NCBI RefSeq assembly: GCF_001194135.2
Contig: NC_068989.1
Coordinates: 79,673,361 to 79,737,300 of the forward strand
From: Octopus bimaculoides
Lineage: Eukaryota
Reading direction: 5' to 3'
DNA: 63,940 bases
The notes beneath the pieces are model-generated. The model searched no databases. It saw only the letters and a program-made list of their open reading frames with translations, and was not told the origin of the DNA. The translations under genes were made by a program, and so were the position numbers. Every line of letters begins with the position of its first letter. Position 1 is the stretch's first letter. Shown here one piece after another: positions 38,701 to 52,607 of this stretch.

Positions 38701-39504
38701 TGGTTGTGTTTACATTACGTTTTCGTTGCTTGCTGCAAGAACTAAATTTTAATTAACGGAAGTCAGTTAAAAATGGACATTTTATACTGAATCTTTTATT
38801 TTGCATAAAAGCTAGACGCTTCACTGCGTACACACATTTGAAACACACATCTCTTTTATATAGTATTAAGCAATATACAGATATTTCTTTTGCTCGTCGT
38901 TTCTGAAACGTATACGTGTTTTTAAACTACATAATGATGTTCTTTAAATGAAAAAAAAAAAATACAAAAAAGGAAAGAAACCACGCTTTTTATCGATTGA
39001 AAATCGAAATGAATGAAAATTGGTGGAAGAAAAACACACGGTCAGCATAATGACAACACATTTGGAAACAACAGTAATAGTTATAATGGTGGCAATTCTA
39101 CATTATTTCTAAGATGATCATTGCCAAAAAATTTTAAACTAATAATTCCTTTAGGATTGGATTAAAATTCGAAGAAGAATACGACCGATGCAATTACCGC
39201 AGATGAATCACTGGTGCTTATGCCACCGATATGGGTGGTTGAATGATGAAGATATGCTAGATAATATCTAAACTCTAAAGGTGGTGGCTGCAGCTCGCCA
39301 GAAGCATATATATATCCTTATGGAACTTGAAACAGTCATTAACAATGGATTTTTATGTCATATTGGTTATCGGAAGAAAAAGGCAACCGATTAGCCAGTC
39401 AACCTGGAGGGTATTTAATATCTGCTCTAATATAACTCCCGAAGACAAAATAACTACAAGTAACAATGCTCAACAACAGATGGCATTATTTTAATTTACA
39501 AATA

Positions 39505-39690
39505 ATTGTTTCTAATCTTGACACAAAACCAGCAACTTTTAAAGTGGGGTGTTACTCCATTACATTTGCCGCATTATTTCGCTGGTCTTTTATTCAATTA
39601 ACCTTATTTTATCGACCCCTAAAGCGATGAAAGACAAAGTCGACCTCGGCGGGGTTTGAACTCTGTATGTAAAAAGCTCGAACACGAAGG
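39505..39690 (-). mobile_element. SINE family B, 3' part
   Basis: Antisense TTATCGACCCCTAAAGCGATGAAAGACAAAGTCGACCTCGGCGGGGTTTGAACTC. Confidence 0.8.
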
Positions 39691-39833
39691 ATAGAGGTAA
39701 AATGTTTTATTACGTTAAGCGGTTTTGAAAAGAAATGACAAAGTTTTTGAATTCATCTTAGCACGCAATACCTCTTTATTTGCAATGTTTTTCAAAACTG
39801 CTACCACAAATTAGCCATATCTACGTAGTAGAT

Positions 39834-40060
39834 AAGGTGGTGAGCTGGTAGAAGCGTTGGCACGCCGGGCGAAATGCTTTGCGGCATTTCGTCTGTCTTT
39901 ACGTTCTGAGTTCAAATTTCGCCGACGTCGACTTTACCTTTCATCCTTTCGGTGTCGATAAAATAAATACGATTTGAACACTGGGGTCGATGTAATCGAC
40001 ATCACCACCTCAAATTGCGGCACAAATTGCTGGCCTTGAGCCAAAATTTGAAACCAATAT
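39834..40060 (+). mobile_element. SINE family B, full length
   Basis: Head GGTGGTGAGCTGGTAGAAGCGTTGGCACGCCGGGCG through tail GCTGGCCTTGAGCCAAAATTTGAAACCAATAT. Confidence 0.9.
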
Positions 40061-40132
40061 TTATATAGACGCTCTGTTGGCAGAATTGATCTAGCATGGA
40101 AGAAAACAAGAAGGTTTGCGATATTTTGTTAG

Positions 40133-40264
40133 GTCTCTGTTTTGAATTCTAATATGGCCAAGGCTATCCTTTCTTCTATGTGGAGGGGTGGATATAATAA
40201 ATACCAATCAGTAACTGTTGTCGAATCTCGTCGAACATACACTTCTCTAAACAGAGATATTGTG
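40133..40264 (+). CDS. Candidate internal coding exon, product unknown
   Basis: Acceptor gatattttgttAG, strong donor GTG|gtaagg, 132 nt phase 0-0, open frame VSVLNSNMAKAILSSMWRGGYNKYQSVTVVESRRTYTSLNRDIV. Confidence 0.35.
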
Positions 40265-40882
40265 GTAAGGTTGGGAATCCAAATTTATGGATTGGTTCTG
40301 TTTCTCAAGTACGCTTCATATATAAAAATTATAATTTAAACCGGTTAAATATGTACTAATTTTATCTTCATTATTATCTTAAACTTAAACCTCGTTCAAC
40401 TTGTATTTAAAACAATGTTAATTTAAAACAATGATAATTTATGTAAGATGTTTTTTGTATATAATATACATGTTATTATAATGGTTGAAGGGATGATTAT
40501 TGAATGGTTATTATTTTGATATTATGATATTTTTTAAATAATTTTTCTATCTTTATATAATAAGTATTTCATATTAATTCATTTGGTACTTATTGTTGGT
40601 TGAGATATATATCTAATTATTGTTCTACTTACGATCTGACGATTAGCTATATTTTTGAATAGAATTTATTTTCGATAATTTCAATTGATTTTAATCGATT
40701 TAAATTTCTTTTCTATTTGAAAATTGGTTATGAAACACGTGCAATCTTTTTATTATATTTATCTTATGATATTTACTTTACTTTATATTATACTCATTTA
40801 TTGTGCTTTTAATTATTAATTTTTCTATATGTGATAGTGGATTTTCATCGATGAGTTCTTGAAAATTGGTTATATTCCCTAA

Positions 40883-40938
<56 letters not shown>

Positions 40939-43353
40939 ATAGAGTTTTTGATGTGAGACAGCTTGTAATTTTGAACGAAATTTGAAACTATATTAGTTAC
41001 TACAAACCGTTAGTCACAGACGTTTTGTAATTTAGACGAAGAGAGAAATAACACATTAAAGCCTTCGTCCCGTTCTCAAGAATAATGGCAGTGTCTGATG
41101 CCAAATAAACATTTCTCAGCAGTCGTCGTCCCTGTATTAATTGAATACAGCTACAGCATTAGTCAGATACACTAGTCTTGCTATTTGTTTCAAAGCCAAC
41201 CTGCAGCTGGTATGAATATTTAAGTGGTAAGCAAATTTAAATCGATTTGGTAATACTTTGGTCTTAATTCGATCGAAACATCTCAACTGAGTATTTGATC
41301 ATGCAATTTTCTCCGCCCAGCACAATATTAGTTAAGTCATTAATCACATATGACAAGAAAAGATATTCGGAAACAGATACAAGTAATTTGTTTGACAACG
41401 TAGTAGAGCGTCACAAAAGGATTAGAAATGTAACGAGCATTCTTTACCTCTGTGGATTAACGAAGGTTTACACATGTCGGTTTATCTCTAAATGGATAAT
41501 GTTTGTATCTCTGTTGTCCTTTCCTTTAAAAATTTTGTTTTCTTTACACTCTCATTGTACACACGTAATCATGTTAATGAGATGGAAATTTTCACTGTCT
41601 GCAGGGAAAATATTTAGATAGAGCTGACATTAGCAAAGCAATAACGAAGACCAACTGATTCACCTTTTGAGAGAAAACGTATGGTGGTTATTATTAAAGG
41701 AGACATAATGATATATTGTCGATTTGAGAGAAATACTTGAAACATAGAAAATATAAGATGAAAATGAACGTTTAGTTAGAGAAATAGCCTTTACTATAGT
41801 GATACTATTGCTAGTAGAGATGTCTTGTTGAGCGAATACAATAATTAGAAATGAATTCAGTAAAATCGAACTTACAAAATCATATCCTCTGAAAAATAGT
41901 GAAGGGTCGACTAGGCAAGGAATTTTAAAAAAAACAAATGGGAGAACTGAGGTTTTCAGTTGAAAAGAAGTACCTCCAAATCCCCTCAAAAAGGTGAAAA
42001 AGACTACCTGAACACTAATGGACGTGAACACATACCTCAGTGGCACACCCCATTACTGCCTCTCTAAAAGCCTCCCACTCCTCCACCACATCTCCTACCC
42101 CCCGAGAGAAAAAGGAGAATTTTTAAAACTAGTTTATAGCTTAATTTTGTTGTTGTTGAGTTGTTGAACCATAAGAGAAGCGCACTGTCGGCTCCTTTAT
42201 TGACACTTTTTGTTGATGTGATGGCGGGGATTGATGGATCGTAGATTCATCTGTGCTATGTAATTGTAGTGAGGATATTTGTCTTAGTTCATTTGTAGTC
42301 AGTCAAACGTCATTAAGTGCAGACTATATTCTTTTTTTCTTTTTTCTTATGCTAGTGCGATGAGAGAGTTTGATCTAATCTTGTTCCTGCTTATTCTGAG
42401 GTCATCCTGGTGAGATAGGCTTTTGATCAAAGGCATTCCAACAGTAACTATACGATCACTCTATCTCTCCATCAACCATTCAAACATAACACATCAAAGA
42501 AACTTAATTTGCCACAATGTAATTTCTCTTTTAATGCAGCATGTTATATTTTGTGGTAGAGAGGATTTGTTTGTTACTTCTAACAAGCCAGGTGACCACA
42601 TAAAGGTTAGGATTCTTTAAGCAAAAGATCACAGAGAGCAATCCGCAATGGATATTCTTGGTAATGTCTGCACCTTAACAGCGCATACAGGTGTAAATCA
42701 CTACAGCTATAGTATTCCCACAAGGAACAACGACCCCGGGTATGATCAACGCAATAAGAAGACGAAGCAGAAGAAGGAGGAGACGGAAAAGGAGGGAAGC
42801 AGAAACGCGATATACGTACAATTGTATGTATCGTAAAATAAAGCTATCACCCGAAAGACAAGATAATGCATAAATTTTTCCGCCATCGTTGATCCTATGT
42901 GCATAATTCCATTTAAGAAACAAACTTAAAGATAATCCTAATCTTTTTCTTTTTTTTCTAACAAAACTGTCCGATGAACGGGAACGTGAAACTCCGAGTA
43001 ACAGTTTTTTGTTATATTTCTGCTGCTTTTAAATAAAACATATTACTCAGCCTCGGGTATTTGAGTACTCTTTTTTCCACCTTGTTGCACATTTATGTGC
43101 TTGCTCCGGTATATATATATATACATATATGTTATCATAATAAAATACAATGCCGTTGAGATGCTTTATCATTAAAGCAGAAATGTAATTATCTACATTT
43201 AACTTCTGTTTATCAGTCGACTGGGATTTAGTAATCATTGTTTTCTTGTATAGATATTTGTATAGTTTACTACTTGAAAGTAAAAGTCTATGTCTACGAC
43301 TACATATAACGATAAATTAATGATGTCTGCAAGACTATTTTAATCCGTTTCAG

Positions 43354-43447
43354 AGTCTAGCGAACTATAGAGATCCATACATGGAAGCAGGCAAGACAAA
43401 GAATTGCACTTTAGTAACTCTACTGGAAGTCGTGAAGTGGAATAGTG
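43354..43447 (+). CDS. Candidate internal coding exon, product unknown
   Basis: Acceptor ctattttaatccgtttcAG, strong donor GTG|gtgaga, open frame SLANYRDPYMEAGKTKNCTLVTLLEVVKWNS. Phase-compatible with 40133-40264. Confidence 0.35.
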
Positions 43448-43897
43448 GTGAGAAAAGTATAAAAAATAATTAAAAAATGCACGCCCACTTTCCTTCGGGA
43501 ATTACAAACAGTACTTTTAGACTGCATGTACATCATAAGAGATCTCTTCTTTACAGGAGAAAGAAAAAACCCACAAAGCGCAAAACAGCAACATCGCTAT
43601 TTGAATTAAATACAATCGATTGACAGGTTATTTAAGGGCGTCGAAAAACATAAATGTCTTACTGTTATTGTTCTGGTGCTTTGCTCTGTGAGGTCAGCCC
43701 CCATCAAAACTATTTATGCCTTTTAACCTTCCATTGTCAATAAATGAAGCCCCGTGGAGTCGATATTTTTCTTCACATTCTTCTACAATCGAGTTGTAGT
43801 GTTGTGATGCCAAAGGAAACTACTCTCAATTTCTCTTTCATGAAAAGAAACGGGGTAGGGTTGAACAGCGGGTTAGGAAACTCTTATTATGTAAAGT

Positions 43898-44283
43898 GTG
43901 GAGGCGCAATGGCCCAGTGGTTAGTGCAGCGGACTCGCGGTCATAGGATCGCGGTTTCGATTCCCAGACCGGGCGTTGTGAGTGTTTATTGAGCGAAAAC
44001 ACCTAAAGCTCCACGAGGCTCCGGCAGGGGATGGTTGAGAACCCTGCTGTACTCTTTCACCACAATTTTCTCTCACTCTTACTTCCTGTTTCTGTTGTGC
44101 CTGTGATTCAAAGGGCCAGCCTTGTCACACTGTGTCACGCTGAATGTCTCCGAGAACTACGTTAAGGGTACACGTGTCTGTGGAGTGCTCAGCCACTTGC
44201 ACGTTAATTTCACGAGCAGGCTGTTCCGTTGATCGGATGAACTGGAACCCTCGACGTCGTAAGCGACGGAGTGCCAACAACAA
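43898..44283 (+). mobile_element. SINE family C, full length
   Basis: tRNA-like head GGAGGCGCAATGGCCCAGTGGTTAGTGCAGCGG, (CAA)n tail and exact 12-bp TSD ATTATGTAAAGT (43886-43897, 44283-44294). Confidence 0.95.
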
Positions 44284-45196
44284 TTATGTAAAGTACTACG
44301 AAACATCGTCTAAAGGAACTATGCATCATGGCGAGCAAAGAAGAACCGATGTATTCATTTCTTCCTTGTCCGTGTTACATTTACGCTACCGAATATTATC
44401 AAAGTTTAAAAGTAAAATACTGCAGTTAGGTCGAACGCTACTTTACCAATGTCTTCTAACCGGTCATTAATATATAATTAAATCACAACATAATTTTAAA
44501 CCATCGATGTGATTTAGGAATATAAAATAAGGGTATATTTTGACGGGGCTGTTTTTTTCTTTTTCACAGCTGTCAATCATATAAGAATTAATTGATAGTA
44601 AAATCTTTTAAGATGGTATATGAATTATATTCAGAGAAGATTAGGTACGAAACTGAAAAAGAACAATAATAAAGCATTATTCCGTGCAGCTGGAGCGTGC
44701 AATCATTTCTAATCTTGTCAATGACCAATACAATAATTAAATGGAAACTGGATGATATGTTTTAGGGAACTGATGGTATAGGGCGTCGAATATGGTATAT
44801 TTTGTATACTAATTCATAAGAAAGAAAAATACTAATCTTGCTAGTATATCTAAAGGGTATTATTTGAATAAATCTTTGGCACGTAAGAATAATCTAATTA
44901 TAGCATGAGTATTCGACTCTAACATATTGTTGGTTTCTTTTCTGAATATTCACGGCAGCTGAAAGCAAAAGAGCCTACTGCTAGAATACGAACGAGTTTA
45001 GATTATCAATGATATAGATTTCTTTTCACTCCATTCAGAGCATATGCTGCAGGGTATGATATACAATCCGATACATTTCCTACTGTATGCTCCTTCTCAA
45101 CTTTTACTCATTAGGAACCCCAGAACCCCCCACCTACATTGGATAAGAATTATCATTAATACTAATAATTTTTTTTCCTTACGGATGTAATAATAA

Positions 45197-45365
45197 ATTG
45201 ATTAAATAAATATTCTTCTTGTCTCCTATGTTAACCCTCATTTAAATATGTTTTTCATGCAGAAGGCACCTTTGCCAATTTGTTCCATGTCATTAGAAGT
45301 ATGGTCTGTTGAACTGACTACATACTTGTTACAGCGTCTGCTAAAGATTAGAGACTGACATAATT
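45197..45365. repeat. Local dispersed duplication, copy 1
   Basis: Aligns with 46588-46748 (e.g. CAATTTGTTCCATGTCATTAGAAGTAT..TCTGTTGAACTGACTACAT). Confidence 0.88.
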
Positions 45366-46507
45366 CCAGGATCACGATTATATGCAGCAAGATATTTAGT
45401 CCAGTTATTTACTACCTCAGCTAATGTTAATCATTCATGTAACAGCGATGTAGACGCAAACAGAATTAAGTTCGCTTACAAAATGTCAGCTGTTTGCTAA
45501 ATATCTAAGAATTAATTCTGTCACAGAACACAAAGATCTACAGCATCTGTGTTCAACCATAATACCCGCACTGTCTTAGTTCAAAGTTAATAGATTGCAA
45601 AGACTATTACCAGAAATCATTGGTTTATATTCTAGATGAGGTTTTCAAATAGGATATATACAAAGTATTGCGGTCTAATTAGAATTATGGCAAAATACTT
45701 CGAGTTTATTAGAACTCAAGACATTCAGCAAATGAAGTCAGTGACATACACACGCGAAGATATAATCGATGTTGTCCCGTACTAAATTATATTCTATTTA
45801 GGAAAGGGGAATTGTCACTACAATGCAAAAAAATAAAGTTATTCTGAACGCAAAGATCCTTCATTGATTTACACTCGGGCATTGATACATACATGAATAC
45901 ATGCATTTATACTTTTAATATAGATGCACAATTATCAGAAGACTGTCACTCGGAGTTCCGCGAACTATTTCTTTCTTCCACTTTGTTTTGCACTTATGTG
46001 CTCACATGAATATCTGTCTGCCTATATATATANNNNNNNNNNNNNNNNNNNNNNNNNNNNNNNNNNNNNNNNNNNNNNNNNNNNNNNNNNNNNNNNNNNN
46101 NNNNNNNNNNNNNNNNNNNNNNNNNNNNNNNNNNNNNNNNNNNNNNNNNNNNNNNNNNNNNNNNNNNNNNNNNNNNNNNNNNNNNNNNNNNNNNNNNNNN
46201 NNNNNNNNNNNNNNNNNNNNNNNNNNNNNNNNNNNNNNNNNNNNNNNNNNNNNNNNNNNNNNNNNNNNNNNNNNNNNNNNNNNNNNNNNNNNNNNNNNNN
46301 NNNNNNNNNNNNNNNNNNNNNNNNNNNNNNNNNNNNNNNNNNNNNNNNNNNNNNNNNNNNNNNNNNNNNNNNNNNNNNNNNNNNNNNNNNNNNNNNNNNN
46401 NNNNNNNNNNNNNNNNNNNNNNNNNNNNNNNNNNNNNNNNNNNNNNNNNNNNNNNNNNNNNNNNNNNNNNNNNNNNNNNNNNNNNNNNNNNNNNNNNNNN
46501 NNNNNNN

Positions 46508-46578
46508 GAAGAAGAAGAAGAAGAAGAAGAAGAAGAAGAAGAAGAAGAAGAAGAAGAAGAAGAAGAAGAAGAAGAAGA
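46508..46578. repeat. (GAA)n microsatellite at a gap edge
   Basis: Pure GAA run. Confidence 0.97.
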
Positions 46579-46587
46579 AACGAATCT

Positions 46588-46748
46588 ATTGATCTTAAAA
46601 ATATTCTTCTTGTCTCGTCCTCAATTAAATACGTTTTTCATGCAAAGGGCATCTTTGTCAATTTGTTCCATGTCATTAGAAGTATAGTCTGTTGAACTGA
46701 CTACATCCTTGCTACAGCGTCTGTTAAAGATTCGATGCTGATATAATT
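46588..46748. repeat. Local dispersed duplication, copy 2
   Basis: Aligns with 45197-45365 in the same orientation. Confidence 0.88.
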
Positions 46749-46914
46749 TAATTGGAGGGCGTGTTAACCTCGTGAAGGGATGGTTGCATCTAAGGAAACA
46801 CTGGTTTAATACCTAGTATTGTTTGGGAATAAAATTCCCTTAAAACAATAGGTATATATGAAGCATATAATTCATATCCAGTTAAAAGAATAAAAGAAAA
46901 TAGAGATAAGGTAG

Positions 46915-47144
46915 TTACTCTTTTACTCTTTTACTTGTATCAGTCATTTGACTGCGGACATGCTGGAGCATCACCTTTAGTTGAGCAAATCGACCCCAGG
47001 ACTTATTCTTTGGAAGCCTAATACTTATTCTATCGGTCTCTTTTGCCGAACCACTAAGTTACGGGGACGTAAACACACCAGCATCGGTTGTCAAGCGATA
47101 TTGGGGAGACAAACACAGACACAAACATAGACACACACACACAC

Positions 47145-47215
<71 letters not shown>
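46915..47215 (-). mobile_element. SINE family A 3' half, truncated by a gap
   Basis: Antisense CAGTCATTTGACTGCGGACATGCTGGAGCA...CACCAGCATCGGTTGTCAAGCGAT followed by the internal microsatellite. Confidence 0.9.
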
Positions 47216-47622
47216 NNNNNNNNNNNNNNNNNNNNNNNNNNNNNNNNNNNNNNNNNNNNNNNNNNNNNNNNNNNNNNNNNNNNNNNNNNNNNNNNNNNNN
47301 NNNNNNNNNNNNNNNNNNNNNNNNNNNNNNNNNNNNNNNNNNNNNNNNNNNNNNNNNNNNNNNNNNNNNNNNNNNNNNNNNNNNNNNNNNNNNNNNNNNN
47401 NNNNNNNNNNNNNNNNNNNNNNNNNNNNNNNNNNNNNNNNNNNNNNNNNNNNNNNNNNNNNNNNNNNNNNNNNNNNNNNNNNNNNNNNNNNNNNNNNNNN
47501 NNNNNNNNNNNNNNNNNNNNNNNNNNNNNNNNNNNNNNNNNNNNNNNNNNNNNNNNNNNNNNNNNNNNNNNNNNNNNNNNNNNNNNNNNNNNNNNNNNNN
47601 NNNNNNNNNNNNNNNNNNNNNN

Positions 47623-47706
<84 letters not shown>

Positions 47707-48672
47707 AATGTATGGTGTATGTCTGTATTTGTATCTATCAATTTATATGCAGGTGAGTGCATATGTGTGCGCTTGTATGCATGTGTATTGATGCGCCAAT
47801 ATAAATTTAACTATGAATTTACTATTTATACCTGAAACTGGCGTTATCCCCGTAGCCATAGAAAAGTCGTTTAACCTTTCTTTCAAAACCAAATATGGTC
47901 TCACCGAAATATACCAAAGAACTAAATCTGATACACTTTATATCAAGATAGCTTATATAACCTTTAGATTATATTATCCATTGTTATTATTCATTTTCGA
48001 AGTACACTTTGGGAATGCAAATTACCTTATTCAAAACAATGTCGATCAGGTGATATGCAGTCTTAAATAGATATTTTTGCACCTTCAACCAAATTTATGT
48101 TAAATGACATTCGTTATTCATATGTTAAACAGTTACTGGATTCCATTTTAGCTATATATGGAAACTTATGTAAAATATATCTGCCTATTGAATATTGATC
48201 TACTATCTGAAATTCCTTTTCTACATATCTGATGTATTCTTAACACATTGAATCGCAAATATGAGGCTGAGACTTTCATTGTGCGTTGGGTGGTTAAAGC
48301 TGACAAAACACGTCGATCTTCAGGTCAGTGCACAGCTGAATTCTTTCTAATTTTTAACAGGGTAATATGTGATCTGAGAGAAGACTGACTGTTACTTCCA
48401 AAAAAGACACAAAAGGAGAAGAAACGTGAGGGAGGTAGAGGTGGAGGTAGAAGTTAAGAAGAAGGACGCAGAAGAGAATAAGGATTAACACCGCTCCTAA
48501 AAGAGAATCGTGATATATTTATCGCCCTCAAAAGGAGGTTTCACCTTGGTATGGGAACAATAACGAATACCGTACAGCATGTGAGACAAATGTGCCTGTT
48601 CACAGATTAAATGTATGTATGTAATTACGTATGCGTACAAACACACACACGCACGGACACACACATATAGAT

Positions 48673-48703
<31 letters not shown>

Positions 48704-48741
48704 CGTGTATACATACGTATATGTACATACTTTCATCTATA

Positions 48742-48774
<33 letters not shown>

Positions 48775-49796
48775 GGGGGGGGTGCACAGGACATCACGAA
48801 ACGTGTACAACAAAAATACGAATTACGAGTACATGGAATATGAACTATTTTTTAGAACAACTAAAGACACAAATGGAAAACAAGACAAAGAACACAAAGA
48901 ATGACCCTTCATCAGTTGTTGGCTGTTTTTCTACCCTCGTATTTCGAGCATTTAACAACAAGATACGCTTTCGAAAAAATAGTTGTTCCCGCAAAGCAAA
49001 TTAAAAATAAAATTGGGATTTTGCGGAGGGTCAACATTGGTAACACAAACAGGACAATGCAAACAAACAGGAAGGGCTGCTAAGCCGAAACGAGGTTGTG
49101 GTGGCGAACGCGTAAATCAAGCTAGGACAGGAGCGAGACAAGAACATGTCTTCCTTGATCCAGCTACAATGGAGAGAAAGAAAGAAACACAAGTTAGGAG
49201 AAGAAAGATGGCCGATGGTCACATGGAAGCCACGTGAGAAAGGGAGAAAGAGTGAGGGAGGGTGACAGACAGAAATCTGTGCAGGGGAGAGGAGAAAATT
49301 GGAGATAGGATAAGTGAGAAAAAAATGGAGGGTGAGAAGGGGATATATATATATAGATATATATATATATATATATATATANNNNNNNNNNNNNNNNNNN
49401 NNNNNNNNNNNNNNNNNNNNNNNNNNNNNNNNNNNNNNNNNNNNNNNNNNNNNNNNNNNNNNNNNNNNNNNNNNNNNNNNNNNNNNNNNNNNNNNNNNNN
49501 NNNNNNNNNNNNNNNNNNNNNNNNNNNNNNNNNNNNNNNNNNNNNNNNNNNNNNNNNNNNNNNNNNNNNNNNNNNNNNNNNNNNNNNNNNNNNNNNNNNN
49601 NNNNNNNNNNNNNNNNNNNNNNNNNNNNNNNNNNNNNNNNNNNNNNNNNNNNNNNNNNNNNNNNNNNNNNNNNNNNNNNNNNNNNNNNNNNNNNNNNNNN
49701 NNNNNNNNNNNNNNNNNNNNNNNNNNNNNNNNNNNNNNNNNNNNNNNNNNNNNNNNNNNNNNNNNNNNNNNNNNNNNNNNNNNNNNNNNNNNNNNN

Positions 49797-49836
<40 letters not shown>

Positions 49837-50185
49837 TATGATGTTAATGTATTGCCATTCAACATGACATTCTTTGAAAATCTTATTGTACGGATCGTCA
49901 GCACTATTGGCTTTTAATGTGTTTGTGTGTATGTGTTTTTTTTTACCTTTTATATTTTTCAGATATTTCTTAAGCTTAATTTACTAAAAGTAGCTTTGAT
50001 ATATGCTGGCGAGATGAAAATAAAATATGGCAGAAAAACAAAGCAAAATATTTTCTCTGAAATATCAAAATCATCTTCAACATCACCTCGTTCTTCTTAT
50101 CCCGCCGCATCATCATCACCATCGTACTCCATCATTATTATCATCGTCATCATCATAGTCCTACTTTCTTCTTTATTTTTCTCTG

Positions 50186-50251
<66 letters not shown>

Positions 50252-52194
50252 CGTATATTAGTCTGTCTATCTGTCTCTCTGTTCGTCTATCTTTCTATTC
50301 ACAAACCTCACATTCTCTCTTTTATATCTTAGGCGTATAGATAACATACCCTAGTCGTCCATACACTGGTTTAACGCATGCAAATACAATTTTTACTTCA
50401 CAAATAAATTTTGTCTATGATGCTCGTCAAATCAATGCTTATTAAATGGATGCTCATATATTCTACATAACTGAAGACCATATGATACCTGGAGGCTGGC
50501 CAATACTTATATCTCCTTAACAGATAATAAATTGACAAAGTAATTTATGTAGTTTTGAGTAAAGAAAATAATAGTCTGCCGTACACTCGGTATTAGAACG
50601 CACCGTTTGAACCTTATGTTGTTGCGTTGTTTAACCGTATATTTATTAGATTTCTCTTAACATGTCGACTTATCAAACGTTCATTTGTTATAGAGGACCA
50701 ACCATATAAATTACTGGTATTACTTAAAGAGAATTGTAAAATGAAAAATGTAAAGAAAAAAAAAACAGCTGAGCAACCATTATTTCAGAAACATTATTTT
50801 TCGCTCAAAATTGCCGAGGTATTGAATATACTATCCTAGTCCGTTGTTAGCTGTCAGAAAACAGCATATTTCCAAATTCCCATGCTTCTCAAAATTCACC
50901 ATCACTACCCTTTACGTATATATGCATCTTTCTTCTTTATTGTTCTTTTACTGTTCACTATCCTGCTCCTTTGTGTTTTATTAAGTGTACTGTGCGTGAA
51001 CGTTAGGATTTGTTACTTATTGCAGTTTTCTGTCACTATTCTAATCATTTACTAATGAATTGTAGTGCATCTGAGCACTAACTACAAGACTACGCTCACT
51101 ATTATTATTTCAATTTCTTTAAAGGGTTCAATTTTTCGTTGCCGAAATTATAAGGGGGCATACACCCTATGGATATGCATGTACCCTATTCCGTCTGTTG
51201 TACACGTTTGAGTAAATGTTTCCCCAGAGGATTATCACATCACCCACGAATATCTTTAATGCTTTCCTGGATTTCAAAAATTAAAACTGAATTCATAAGT
51301 AGGATCTGATCCGAACTAGATCCCACGCATTATTCATGACCACACATTCTATGCTGCTGCAAGACACGCATTTTTCAGTTTGTCTCTGATGCATTCTTTA
51401 AACAACGCTTTTATCAAAAGTTCGTATCTGCGCATTTGTAGTCTACTCACTCATTTCATTTATCTGGATATCGGATCAAACATTTCCAATTACTCTGGCT
51501 CTCAGTCACTTCCCATCCACTTCTGTTTATATATATTTAATTTCTCTCTCTCGGAGCTGCTCTAAGCACTAACAAGTCTTCGGTTGTATATTTTCTCTAT
51601 GCATGGAGCACATCAATTTCACAATCATCCCTTTCTGAAGTCACCGTCTTCGAGGACTACAACCATCGCGCGTTTTCTTGACATTCACTTATATCACATA
51701 TTCATTTCCTTTCTTGTCATATTCCTGTGTGTATCTACTAAAACAGATTAGAAGATAGTAGATAAATAGATTCCATTTCAACCGTAAAAGATCATTTCAG
51801 AGAAGTGTCTTCATATTGATATCAATCGATCAGTTACCCAATTTTCAAATTATGCGCACATTTCTACACTAATCAAATAACCAAAATTCCTTATTGGCTA
51901 GTTTTCTATATCGACTGAAATAATTTTATCTCAAATACAATTTTTCCGAGTCTATTCTTTAATATCACCCTTCTTATTAGAATAAAATAACTCATAGACA
52001 GACAGTGATTATCCCAGAGCAAGGCGGTTGGTACCATATTTTATCGATATCACCAAATTACTCTCTGGTGGCACATGAATTATCACAGGTTTTCAGCAAA
52101 TGATTTCAGCACCGAAGAATAGTTTATAAGCCTGCTTCATGCATGGTCTCACCAAAACAATGTTAAATGTTTTCTAAAAGTGTACTAACAATAT

Positions 52195-52482
52195 AGTCTC
52201 TCCATACTAGGCACACGATCGTAAGGCTATGAGTTCGATTCCCGGCGGTGCGTTGTATCCTTGAGCAAGACACTTTATTTCACGTTGCTCCGGTCCACTG
52301 AGCTGGCAAAAATGAGTAGTACATGTGTTTCAAAGGGCCAGCCATATCACATTCTGTACCCTGTGAACTAGGTTAAGGGTATGCGTGTCTGTGGAGTACT
52401 CAGTTACTTGCACATTAATTTCATTAACAGGATGTTTCTTTGATCGGAACACTCAGCGTCGCAACCGACAGAGTGCCAGTTT
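52195..52482 (+). mobile_element. SINE family D, degenerate, sharing its 3' domain with family C
   Basis: GAGTTCGATTCCCGG B-box, CCTTGAGCAAGACACTTTATTTCACG body, then TTCAAAGGGCCAGCC...GTGTCTGTGGAGTACTCAG...GACAGAGTGCCA as in family C. Confidence 0.75.
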
Positions 52483-52525
52483 ACATATATATATATATAC
52501 ATACACACACACACACACACACACA

Positions 52526-52573
<48 letters not shown>

Positions 52574-52576
52574 CGC

Positions 52577-52605
<29 letters not shown>

Positions 52606-52607
<2 letters not shown>

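Noticed and set aside
40340-40885. AT-rich block as a mitochondrial insertion (NUMT)
   Set aside because: No mitochondrial gene, tRNA or rRNA sequence was recognisable; kept only as an unexplained compositional anomaly.
41660-42046. 128-aa minus-strand ORF (and 41295-41621 on the + strand)
   Set aside because: No recognisable motif; Phe/Ile/Ser bias typical of AT-rich non-coding DNA; no convincing splice pair in frame with neighbours.
42100-42640. Possible LINE ORF1 remnant
   Set aside because: All frames are heavily interrupted and I could not match any named motif.
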